From an uncultured Gammaproteobacteria bacterium (GTDB lineage: Bacteria > Patescibacteriota > Microgenomatia > UBA8517 > UBA10165), in the NCBI GenBank assembly GCA_964472675.1, contig CAYYLO010000005.1, positions 1 through 61,821 on the forward strand: a stretch of DNA of 61,821 nucleotides. The letters run 5' to 3'. Position numbers and translations under genes: made by a program. Positions 16,796-25,928 of the stretch are shown here, piece after piece (the stretch's first letter is position 1; each line of letters begins with the position of its first letter). The notes below the pieces were generated by a model. The model had not been told where the DNA came from and ran no database searches. It worked only from the letters and a program-made list of their open reading frames with translations.

Positions 16796-18853
16796 TTATG
16801 TGTCAGGATCCAATCCAACCTTAGAACGAAACCACTTTCTAAAACCAACACCCGCTTTCATGGGACCACCTAACTCACGCGCTACTCCCCTCACCCCATA
16901 CAACTCTCGTCTTAGCCTGCTAGATTGAGCCCTTTCATCCTCTATTGATATCCTTGAAGGATCCATAAGCCTATCCTTCGTTGCGTCAGAAAGCTTTCTC
17001 TTGACGTCAAGTATACCAGCGTCTTTGTCCATTGTCTTTCTTATAGCTTCAAGCCTTTCACCGTAACGCAACCTACCTCCCTCGGGTCCTCGACCGCTCC
17101 TGTAAGCATTTATGGTATTTACAAGGTCTTCTAACCTCTTGTAATCTGCCCAATCACGCCTATCTTTGCCTGATGGGTATCGAGCTCCAATTAACGCACT
17201 TGCAAACTCATCAATACCGTAATTTGCCAACACTCTATCTAAACGATCTCCGGTTTGTGTATCAGAATTTCTCTCGATTATTGGCCTTATGTCGGAGTAT
17301 TCTAAATCTCCTGTCCGTGTTTGAGGATCATATAGCTTACCGTACAACTCTTTAAACTTTTCGTTTTGATGAGGAAATCCGAAATACCTAAATATGGTAT
17401 AAGCCAATCTTACTACGCCTTTATCTGTCCCAACAGCTTGTTGAACAGCTAAAAGATAGGCATCTATCTCTTGGTTTGTAATACCAATATCACCCTCTCC
17501 GCGATAGTTTGTACCCCTGCCACCTAACACATCAGAAAATCTATGGGTTGTTCCTTCAAGTATGTAAGAAGAAGAGTGTTCAGCATATATATAATTGTTG
17601 TTTCTCCCAACTCGTCTCAAACCTGGAATAATAGTAGTGGGGTCTTCATATTCTCCTTCCGCCCCACCTTCCCTGTGAACTCTATAACCTTGAAGTTGGA
17701 ATAATAGAGACAGGCACCTTCTTGTCTCCGAATCAGCCCTCAACCAAGTACCTATTCCCCCAGGAAAAGGACCTTGTTGTTCAATGTGTGCAGCCACATC
17801 ATCAATGCGGCTGGAATCCATAGTAAAGTTAAGCAAGATCAACCTTTGCATGGTATCGTAACTTAAGCGAAATAGTCGGTCGCGGGAAGCTCGTAAAACC
17901 AAATTAAGTTCGGCAGCAATCGCGTCAGTACGACCTCCATCCATAACATCGCTTAAAACCTGAAAGGACCTGACATCCAATGGAATTCCCTGATAATCGT
18001 TTGCGCCGATCAAATCAGGCAACTGGTGAAGTCGAGCCCACCGTCTCGAGAAAGTACTCCCATTTGAGGGGTCAGGTTCGTCTACTCTCCACTCGATTCG
18101 GCGTACAGCATAAGTTCTATCAATATCTGGTTGTGCTCCCCCCGGATTGGCGGGTTGTGGTTCCGAGCGAGCTGCCCGAGCGGCTTCCGCCGCAAGCCTC
18201 CTTTGTTCTTCGATAAACGCTCTCTGTTCCTCAGCCGCTTGGCGTTGGGCTTCTGCTGCCGCCAGTTGAGCTTCTCTTACTCTTGCCGCTTCTTCATCCC
18301 GCACGGGTGGTCTGGCTGGCTCGGGTTCTGTAACCCTCGCTGCAGCTGCTTCAGGAATAAGTTTCTGCCACTTCCAAGATTCGTCTGTATATCTTTCTAA
18401 TTCTTCCTCGGGAATGGTTCCTGGTTCAGCACGATTGTACATTTCCTGCATAACTCGCTGGAGTCCATGTTCATACCTCCATCCTGCCAACCCTTCAAAA
18501 AGAGTTCTGTTGGCGCCATTCAAGGTGAGTGAGCTAGCACGATCTATTTGTGCGGATCTGTCCATTTTTTCAGAAATTGCCAGCGCTTGGCTGGGAAGGT
18601 CGGGCAAGGTTGCAATTTCTGCCGCATCCGCATCTAACTGTCGGTCACCAATAACAAACAATCGTAAACTTTCTGCACGAGCTGCAAGTCTAGAACGTTC
18701 ATCAATAAGCTGACTTCTCCTCTCGCGGTCAGCAATTGTGGGAGCAGCACTTGCTTCTACTGCATCAATTTCACCTTGGACGACTCTAAAAGGACGAAGC
18801 TCAACCCGATCTACTGCAGCCTCGCGGGGTGCTCCTGGTATTTCTGGTGCCAT
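16796..18853 (-). CDS. Hypothetical 685-aa soluble protein with E/A/R coiled coil
   Basis: Long ORF, TATAAT 7 nt upstream of the ATG, no recognised family. Confidence 0.75.
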   Translation of the reverse strand: MAPEIPGAPREAAVDRVELRPFRVVQGEIDAVEASAAPTIADRERRSQLIDERSRLAARAESLRLFVIGDRQLDADAAEIATLPDLPSQALAISEKMDRSAQIDRASSLTLNGANRTLFEGLAGWRYEHGLQRVMQEMYNRAEPGTIPEEELERYTDESWKWQKLIPEAAAARVTEPEPARPPVRDEEAARVREAQLAAAEAQRQAAEEQRAFIEEQRRLAAEAARAARSEPQPANPGGAQPDIDRTYAVRRIEWRVDEPDPSNGSTFSRRWARLHQLPDLIGANDYQGIPLDVRSFQVLSDVMDGGRTDAIAAELNLVLRASRDRLFRLSYDTMQRLILLNFTMDSSRIDDVAAHIEQQGPFPGGIGTWLRADSETRRCLSLLFQLQGYRVHREGGAEGEYEDPTTIIPGLRRVGRNNNYIYAEHSSSYILEGTTHRFSDVLGGRGTNYRGEGDIGITNQEIDAYLLAVQQAVGTDKGVVRLAYTIFRYFGFPHQNEKFKELYGKLYDPQTRTGDLEYSDIRPIIERNSDTQTGDRLDRVLANYGIDEFASALIGARYPSGKDRRDWADYKRLEDLVNTINAYRSGRGPEGGRLRYGERLEAIRKTMDKDAGILDVKRKLSDATKDRLMDPSRISIEDERAQSSRLRRELYGVRGVARELGGPMKAGVGFRKWFRSKVGLDPDT

Positions 18854-18913
18854 ATACCAAATTATACAAGAAAAGTTGTTCTACTCCAAGCTTATTGCTA
18901 TTATTAGTAAGTT

Positions 18914-20272
18914 ATGGCTGAAACTGCTCCAATATCCGAAGGTCCAAGACCAGAAATTAGCCCTTTTGACAGCTTAAGAAAAAATTTTGGTGCAGCTGCT
19001 CGACAGATAAGAGGAATTGAGAGTGGGAACGAAGCCGAAATGCGCGCAGCTGTTCACGATCCTGAAGTTTGGAAAAAGACATTTCAACGTCTAGCCGTCC
19101 CGGGAGAAAGTGTGGATACTTGTCATCAAAATTACTGTAGGGAACTTGCCCAGACAGCCGTGCAACTTGGAGCCAGTAATGAACAAGTTCAAAGCTTTGA
19201 AAGTTTTTTAGGGCTCCCCGAGGGGAAAATTGATTACTATTCGGCTTTTATGGATGCTACGAGTTGGCAAAAAGCTGCCACTGGCGGAACCCCGGGTGGC
19301 GTAGAAAGAAAAGCTGAACCAGTTGATCTTTTTCAAGCACACCCACCCGAAACTGGAGAAAAACTGCCGCGCTATAGAGATAGAGATGAGCAAATTGCTT
19401 ACAGAACTTACCAGGAAGCCTGGAACCCCAACCCGTTAATGGCAAACCGTGTTGATAACTGGTTTGAGAACGAACGGGCCAGGTTAAGAGCGCGCGGTGA
19501 AGTAGGACAATCTTCTGAAAAAAGAGAAGTAAGGCCTCCATTGAGGTGGTTGTTGGATGAAATTAATACGTCACTGAAAGATAGAAATGTCGACCTAAAC
19601 GACCGTACACAAGTTGAGGCTCAAATAAGAAACGAAGCATTTTGGCTGGGAACTCCTGAGAGCTTTTGGGAAAAACTGGCAGTAGGTTCTAAGCAAAGGC
19701 CGGAGGATTTCCAGGAGGAAAAATGCAGGGAAGTTTTAGAAGATATCCGAACAAGGAGAGGAGGGCATGACGATAGAGCCGAACTGCGCACCCTATTTGG
19801 GCTGCCCCCAGGTTACAGGTTTGATCTTTATGATTTAATTGACATAACAAATGGTTTTATCACCAACTCCCAACTTGTGGAACAAGAGGCTCGCCAATCA
19901 AGTGCCGCCAGCCAGATACCTACATCAGAAGTACCAATTCAAGAACTGATTAATCAAGGAGACAAAGATGACAGTACCCCAAGAAGATGGCAGAGATTCC
20001 GTGGCTCACTCAACCCCTTGGGTGGCGCCACTATGGCTACCCAAATCACTACACCAGAAGAGCCTGAAGCAGTCCAGGTGGAAGAGGTTGAGACACCTGT
20101 GGCCAGTGAAGGTTTAACTGGTGGCCTTCGCGAAGCGTTCCAAAAAGCGCAACAAGAACAAGCCCGGGAAGATAAGACTGGCAACAATGATAAAAGAGCG
20201 CAAAGAAGACAAAAGAGAGACGAACAGATCCGCCGCGCCCGAGAGCTCCGCAGAAAATACAGCGGCGGGTAA
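18914..20272 (+). CDS. Hypothetical 452-aa charged protein with Arg-rich C-terminus
   Basis: Long ORF, no TM or signal, no recognised family. Confidence 0.75.
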   Translation: MAETAPISEGPRPEISPFDSLRKNFGAAARQIRGIESGNEAEMRAAVHDPEVWKKTFQRLAVPGESVDTCHQNYCRELAQTAVQLGASNEQVQSFESFLGLPEGKIDYYSAFMDATSWQKAATGGTPGGVERKAEPVDLFQAHPPETGEKLPRYRDRDEQIAYRTYQEAWNPNPLMANRVDNWFENERARLRARGEVGQSSEKREVRPPLRWLLDEINTSLKDRNVDLNDRTQVEAQIRNEAFWLGTPESFWEKLAVGSKQRPEDFQEEKCREVLEDIRTRRGGHDDRAELRTLFGLPPGYRFDLYDLIDITNGFITNSQLVEQEARQSSAASQIPTSEVPIQELINQGDKDDSTPRRWQRFRGSLNPLGGATMATQITTPEEPEAVQVEEVETPVASEGLTGGLREAFQKAQQEQAREDKTGNNDKRAQRRQKRDEQIRRARELRRKYSGG

Positions 20273-20395
20273 TTCCCGTGTTTTGTGAAAAATCCTCCGA
20301 GTTGCAAACCCGTTTTCATATGTTAAGTTTGAAATAGAGAGACTTTTGAAGTATATTGTTTAACTCTCCTGGTTTTGCTTGATTTTTATACCCTT

Positions 20396-21367
20396 ATGCC
20401 TTTAGAACAACATCCAGTACCACAAGAGATTTCATCCTACGAATTCCGCTTAGTCGGAGATATGACTTTGAAGCAATTTTTACAACTTGCCGGCGGGGTA
20501 GGAGTTGCCTTTTTGATTTTCGTTACTCCCCTTCCTGCTTTTATTAAATGGCCGGTAGTCGCATTCGCAGCAATTTCAGGTGCCGCTTTGGCTTTTTTGC
20601 CCATTGAAGAAAGGCCTTTGTCTTTCTGGTTTTTCTCATTTATTAAAGCCGTTTACTCACCAACACTTTATTCTTGGGAAGATGGGACATCACAAGACGT
20701 TTTTGCAAAAGAAAGCGCAGCAGTAACACCCGCAATTATTGCCCCCCAAGGCCAGGAAAAAGCCGAAGAGTATCTACGCTCTGTTCCGCAAACAGAAGTT
20801 GTAAACCGGCTTGAAGAAATAGAAAAAGGGTTTTTCAAAAAAATCTTTGGCCTGTTCCAAACGCCAACTCCCTCAGGCACGCCAACCCCAACTCAAGTCT
20901 CACCACAAGTTACATCCTTGCCTACTCCGGCTATTATTAATCCCAACGCACCGCTGGCTCCACCCACAGAATCAATTAAAATTGAACACCAACAAGCTGA
21001 ACACAATCCCACTCCGATTACTCCTGTTTATGGCAGCAATATACAACCCGCCCGACAAGCCGCACAAGCCCAGTTTGCATTGCAGGCTGCTCCTCCCAAT
21101 CCTCCCGTACAGCCCAACATTATTGTCGGCCAAGTAATCACCAATGACGGCAAAATCATTGAGTCGGCAATTTTGGAAATCAGAGAAGTTGGCGGCACAC
21201 CAGTCAGAGCTTTGCGCACCAACAAAATTGGACACTTTATGACAGTTACTCCCATAAAAGACGGGGAATATGAAATTTTAACAGAGAAAGAGGGATTAAC
21301 TTTCGATGTAATTAAAATAACAGCCAGCAGCAATATTATTCCACCGATACTAATAAAGGCGAAGTGA
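20396..21367 (+). CDS. PrgI (VirB3-like) family protein with C-terminal carboxypeptidase-regulatory-like beta domain
   Basis: HPVPQEISSYEFRLVGDMTLKQF, LAFLPIEERPL; VRALRTNKIGHF. Confidence 0.85.
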   Translation: MPLEQHPVPQEISSYEFRLVGDMTLKQFLQLAGGVGVAFLIFVTPLPAFIKWPVVAFAAISGAALAFLPIEERPLSFWFFSFIKAVYSPTLYSWEDGTSQDVFAKESAAVTPAIIAPQGQEKAEEYLRSVPQTEVVNRLEEIEKGFFKKIFGLFQTPTPSGTPTPTQVSPQVTSLPTPAIINPNAPLAPPTESIKIEHQQAEHNPTPITPVYGSNIQPARQAAQAQFALQAAPPNPPVQPNIIVGQVITNDGKIIESAILEIREVGGTPVRALRTNKIGHFMTVTPIKDGEYEILTEKEGLTFDVIKITASSNIIPPILIKAK

Positions 21368-21406
21368 AATTTACAATGTAAATTGGAAATTGAGAATTGA
21401 AAATTA
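21366..21406. repeat. 7-mer (AATTGAA-like) microsatellite
   Basis: aattgga aattgag aattgaa aatt; reverse complement of the 12255 tract type. Confidence 0.7.
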
Positions 21407-21411
21407 TTTAT

Positions 21412-22056
21412 ATGTCTACTATTGTTCCCATAAAAGCATCCTCTCAACAGCACGTCATTGTTGCTGATATTGCTGAAGATATAGTTTTGACTAAAGACGG
21501 CGGAGCGGCATTGGTTTTGCGCTCCTCGGCTTTAAACTTTTCGCTTTTATCTGAAAAAGAGCAGGAGGCAGTAACGGTTTCTTATGCTGCTCTTTTAAAT
21601 TCTTTATCCTTTCCTATCCAAATTCTTGTCCGCTCTCAAAAAAAGGATATTACCCGCTACCTGGCGTTTTTGGATACTCAAGAAAAACTCCAAACCAATC
21701 CGCAACTAAAAAGCCTTATGGTCGTTTACAAAAATTTCGTTTCCCAAATGGTAAAAAAAAGGAATGTTTTAGAAAAAGAATTTTATATAGTCATACCTTT
21801 CTCGCCGCTTGAACTGGGTATAACCACAGGCGGTTTTATCGATTTATTTACTCCTTCAGTTAGAACAAAAAAGGCAAAAAGCTTGCCTTATTCAAAAAGT
21901 TATATTATCAAAAAAGCAAAAACGGTTCTTTATCCAAAACGTGATCATTTAATCCGCCAAGTAGGCCGCTTAGGAATTAAAATGGATCAGTTGACAACGG
22001 AAGACTTGGCCACCTTGTTTTTTAAAATATACAACTCAAGCTCTCCGACCACCTAA
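21412..22056 (+). CDS. VirB4/TraC N-terminal-like conjugation accessory protein
   Basis: LNFSLLSEKEQEA...LLNSLSFPIQIL, KEFYIVIP, RLGIKMDQLTTEDLATLF. Confidence 0.7.
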   Translation: MSTIVPIKASSQQHVIVADIAEDIVLTKDGGAALVLRSSALNFSLLSEKEQEAVTVSYAALLNSLSFPIQILVRSQKKDITRYLAFLDTQEKLQTNPQLKSLMVVYKNFVSQMVKKRNVLEKEFYIVIPFSPLELGITTGGFIDLFTPSVRTKKAKSLPYSKSYIIKKAKTVLYPKRDHLIRQVGRLGIKMDQLTTEDLATLFFKIYNSSSPTT

Positions 22057-22063
22057 AAAACTT

Positions 22064-23938
22064 ATGCAATTACCAAACACAATTCCCGATTTGAAACCAA
22101 AAAGCCAGGTCGAACCACCAGCGGTAAGCAAACCCGCTTCCTCCAAATCTATCCAGGACATTATTGCCCCGCAAAAAATAGAGGTCGATTTTAACTACAT
22201 AAAAATCGACGGCCGGTACTTTAGAACTCTTTTTGTTTCAGGCTATCCAAGATTTGTTTATCCTGGATGGCTTGACCAAGTTATTAACTTTGACCACTCA
22301 TTAGACATCTCCTTTTTCACCTATCCAGTTGCCGGAAAAACAGTCCTTGATGATTTAAGACGCAAGATAACTGAAATGGAGGCAGAACTTGCTACCGACT
22401 TACAACGCGGGAAGGTGCTAAATCCTTCAACACAGGCAAAATTAGAAGATGCTCGAGATTTGCAAGACCAATTAGTAAAAGGTGCAGAGCGCTTTTTTCA
22501 GTTTTCTTTTTATATCACCATTCCGGCTTCAAACCTGGAAGAGTTAAACAATATTACCGCCCAAGTTGAATCAACTTTGGGGTCATTGTTGGTTGTAGCT
22601 AAAAAAACAACATTACGTATGGAAGACGGTTTCTTAACAAGCCTACCTTTAGGAGAAGACCGGCTTTCTATAACCCGCAATATGGATACAACTTCTCTTT
22701 CAACTACGTTTCCATTTTCTTCAGCTGAACTCTCCTCAGATAGCGGAGTTTTATATGGAATCAACGAAGATAACGATTCGTTGGTTGTTTTTGACAGATT
22801 TTCCCTCGAGAATTACAACTCGGCAGTTTTTGCAACTTCGGGATCCGGCAAAAGCTACAGCGTGAAGTTAGAAGCACTGCGATCCTTAATGTTGGGGGCG
22901 GAGGTTTTTATTATTGATCCCGAGCAGGAATATAAAAAGCTGGCCGAAGCAGTAGGCGGTGAATTTATTTCATTTTCCTTTAACTCGACTGCAAAAATTA
23001 ACCCTTTTGATTTGTCCAACATTGTCGACCAGGACGAAAATCAGTTGGGCTTAAAAATTCTTTCTTTGCATTCTTTGTTTGGAGTAATTATGGGCGCTCT
23101 AAATCCTTCCGAACAGGCAGTTTTAGACAGGGCTTTAATTGCGACATACAAAGCAAAAGGAATCACTCCTGACCCGGCTACACAAACCAAAACTCCCCCC
23201 TTAATGGAAGATCTTTATAAAACACTAATCGGTATGGAAGATGCCGTCTCCCGCTCTCTTGCCGACCGGATTGAAAAGTTTGTTAAGGGCTCTTTTGCCG
23301 GAATTTTTGATCAGCACACAAACATAAGTCTTAAAAACCCGTTTACTGTTTTTTCTGTCCGCGACCTGGAAGAATCATTGCGGCCGATTGCGATGTTTGT
23401 AGTTTTGGATTTTATCTGGACCCGCGTCAAAGAAAACTTGAAAAAGCGCATTTTAATCGTTGATGAGGCGTGGCATATGATGCGCTATCCGGATACTGCT
23501 CAATTTCTCTTCTCTATCGCCAAACGCTCGCGCAAATATTATTTGGGTTTAACAACTATAACTCAAGACGTAGAAGACTTTTTATCCTTAGATATTGGCA
23601 AGGCTATTGTTACTAACTCAGCCTTGAAACTTCTGATGAAACAGTCCCCTACGGCTATAGATAAGGTTGGTGAGGTTTTTAAACTTTCCCAGGGAGAAAA
23701 ACAGCTGTTATTATCTGCTGACGTGGGAGAAGGAATTTTCTTTGCCGGACCAAATCATGTTGCTATCCGTGTCGTGGCCTCAGACGAAGAACATAAATTA
23801 GTTACCACCAACCCTGCAGAAACACTTAAAAATCCCACACCAACAACCCCTACTTCCCCAAATACACCCATTACCCCAACTCCTACCTCACCCCCAGTTA
23901 ATTCAGGTCCTATCCTTCGCGTCGAAGAAGCTCAGTAA
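22064..23938 (+). CDS. VirB4-like conjugation ATPase
   Basis: Walker A ATSGSGKS, IIDPEQEY, Walker B ILIVDEAW, RSRKYYLGLTTITQ. Confidence 0.92.
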   Translation: MQLPNTIPDLKPKSQVEPPAVSKPASSKSIQDIIAPQKIEVDFNYIKIDGRYFRTLFVSGYPRFVYPGWLDQVINFDHSLDISFFTYPVAGKTVLDDLRRKITEMEAELATDLQRGKVLNPSTQAKLEDARDLQDQLVKGAERFFQFSFYITIPASNLEELNNITAQVESTLGSLLVVAKKTTLRMEDGFLTSLPLGEDRLSITRNMDTTSLSTTFPFSSAELSSDSGVLYGINEDNDSLVVFDRFSLENYNSAVFATSGSGKSYSVKLEALRSLMLGAEVFIIDPEQEYKKLAEAVGGEFISFSFNSTAKINPFDLSNIVDQDENQLGLKILSLHSLFGVIMGALNPSEQAVLDRALIATYKAKGITPDPATQTKTPPLMEDLYKTLIGMEDAVSRSLADRIEKFVKGSFAGIFDQHTNISLKNPFTVFSVRDLEESLRPIAMFVVLDFIWTRVKENLKKRILIVDEAWHMMRYPDTAQFLFSIAKRSRKYYLGLTTITQDVEDFLSLDIGKAIVTNSALKLLMKQSPTAIDKVGEVFKLSQGEKQLLLSADVGEGIFFAGPNHVAIRVVASDEEHKLVTTNPAETLKNPTPTTPTSPNTPITPTPTSPPVNSGPILRVEEAQ

Positions 23939-23956
23939 ATACGGTACAATACAAAT

Positions 23957-25903
23957 ATGGCTACAAAACCTGGTGGCTTTTTTAGCGTCTTCTCCAATAT
24001 TGTTTCCGACCTACAACAGCGCGTAAACCGGACTTTGTTTCGTTCTCAAAACCCTGCACATGGGGTTCCCCCAACCACAGCTGTTCCGCCAACCACAAGA
24101 ATCCAACAAAGTCCTCCTTGGATATCAGATGACTCGGACAAGCTAGTTTATCAGCAAACTAAAACAGAACTTAAGGAAATTCCCCAGGGAGAAAAGCAAC
24201 GTATCAAATCCCAATCGCCACTTGAGCAGGCGCTTGAAAAAGGCACCCAACTTGAACAATGGCAAGAATTACAAAAACAAACACCGGTTACGCCAGAAAC
24301 GACAGAAAACCCCATAAAAGTTCCGTTTATTCCCATATCCCGCCCAGTAAGGCCTATATCAATACAAACAGAGAAAGTTGCAACACCCGACATAAGCCGG
24401 GAACAATATCTTTTAGCCTTAGTTTCCCGCCCTAAAAGTTGGCAGGACCGTATTGTTGATGGTTTAAAAGATGCTATTCCCTTTCTCCCAAAATCACACA
24501 CCTCAGAAGAGAGACTGGAAGATGCTATCAATCAACTTATTGCCCAAAATCCCGAATTTGCCAACTCCGAGGAAGTTAGGGTTGTTAAAGATTCTAAAAA
24601 AGGAATCCTTGAGGAAGTTGAAACCTTAACCGGACAAGTAAAAGATGTCCGATTTGTGCCCCCAAAAAGCTACGACTATGAACAACCCCGCATAGGCTCC
24701 GGCGATCATGTTTTTAACTTAAATATCAGCCCCTCCTCAAATATTGTTCGCATCGCCCAAGAACCCTTTAATCGGTTTATTTCTCCCAAATTTGCCCCTG
24801 TTTTGAAACAGTTTGCGGGCAGTGCAGCCCAAAACGCCGCTTCCCAATCAGCAATTCTGGGGAGAGGTCTGATTTCGGGAGCAGCTCGCGGATTGAGTTC
24901 TGGATTATTGAGGACAGCCATGGGTGCTGGAAGATTGCTGGCTATCTTTGCTGGAGGCGGACAAGCAGCAGCCATCGGCGGGGGCGCTTTGGCTTTAATA
25001 CTAATTCTGGTTATCGCTTTACCTTTGGTTCTCAATAACACCGGTCCTATTTTTACTCAGCGCGCAGCCTTAAGTAGTGCTGGCGGTACAGGAGACGTAC
25101 TTGCCAAAGGCAACCAATATATTTCAATTGAAATCTCTTCTTCTAAAAATACGCTTAAAAATGAAGAGTTGCCTCAAGATGTAACTTTTACTGTTACAGT
25201 CAAACCAAAAAAGCAGCCATTTCAGGAAGATCCTAATATTTCAGCAACTATAACTGCATCAGGTAAAGATGGCACAAAAACCCTGGTAAGTGAAAGTTGG
25301 TCGGAAGAAACTCACCAAATCAATCTAAAGCTGGAAAACTTGGAAGACGTCAATGTTATCCTGGCCGTTAGTGTTAGTGCTAGAGTCGAAGAACAACCAG
25401 ACAGCCAAACCGCTGCCAACAACGCTTCAATTAGGGTGGGAAACCCACCTGATGATTGCCCCAGTGGTTGGGCAACAACTTATGGAACCATAACCTCCGA
25501 ACCAAATGATTCAGTCGTCTCAACCCACCGAACCGCAGAAGCGATCGATATCGGCAACAGCCCGAAAGGTAGAATTCAGGGCGCGCCAATTTACGCAACC
25601 AGCCGTGGTGTGACCTCGTTTAACTGCTACAGCTCTTTATATGGAAACTGTGTTCGGATAACAACTTCCTGCAACGGTAAAACAGTCGAAATAATATATG
25701 CCCACATGATGAACAGAAGTGTCCAGGACGGCCAAGGTGTTTCTTCAGGAACTCAAATTGGAAGTGTTGGAGCAACAGGTAACGTCTTTGGCAGCGATCC
25801 AAACCATTTGCATTATGAATTCTTAAAAATTAGTGGTTCTGTTACAATTCCAATGGCACCACCATATATACCCTTGCACGGAAAACGCGGAACTACATGG
25901 TAA
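23957..25903 (+). CDS. Membrane-anchored M23 family peptidase
   Basis: HRTAEAIDI (HxxxD) and HLHYE (HxH); Gly/Ala-rich TM region. Confidence 0.85.
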   Translation: MATKPGGFFSVFSNIVSDLQQRVNRTLFRSQNPAHGVPPTTAVPPTTRIQQSPPWISDDSDKLVYQQTKTELKEIPQGEKQRIKSQSPLEQALEKGTQLEQWQELQKQTPVTPETTENPIKVPFIPISRPVRPISIQTEKVATPDISREQYLLALVSRPKSWQDRIVDGLKDAIPFLPKSHTSEERLEDAINQLIAQNPEFANSEEVRVVKDSKKGILEEVETLTGQVKDVRFVPPKSYDYEQPRIGSGDHVFNLNISPSSNIVRIAQEPFNRFISPKFAPVLKQFAGSAAQNAASQSAILGRGLISGAARGLSSGLLRTAMGAGRLLAIFAGGGQAAAIGGGALALILILVIALPLVLNNTGPIFTQRAALSSAGGTGDVLAKGNQYISIEISSSKNTLKNEELPQDVTFTVTVKPKKQPFQEDPNISATITASGKDGTKTLVSESWSEETHQINLKLENLEDVNVILAVSVSARVEEQPDSQTAANNASIRVGNPPDDCPSGWATTYGTITSEPNDSVVSTHRTAEAIDIGNSPKGRIQGAPIYATSRGVTSFNCYSSLYGNCVRITTSCNGKTVEIIYAHMMNRSVQDGQGVSSGTQIGSVGATGNVFGSDPNHLHYEFLKISGSVTIPMAPPYIPLHGKRGTTW

Positions 25904-25928
25904 CAAAGAAGGTGTCATCCCAAAAACT

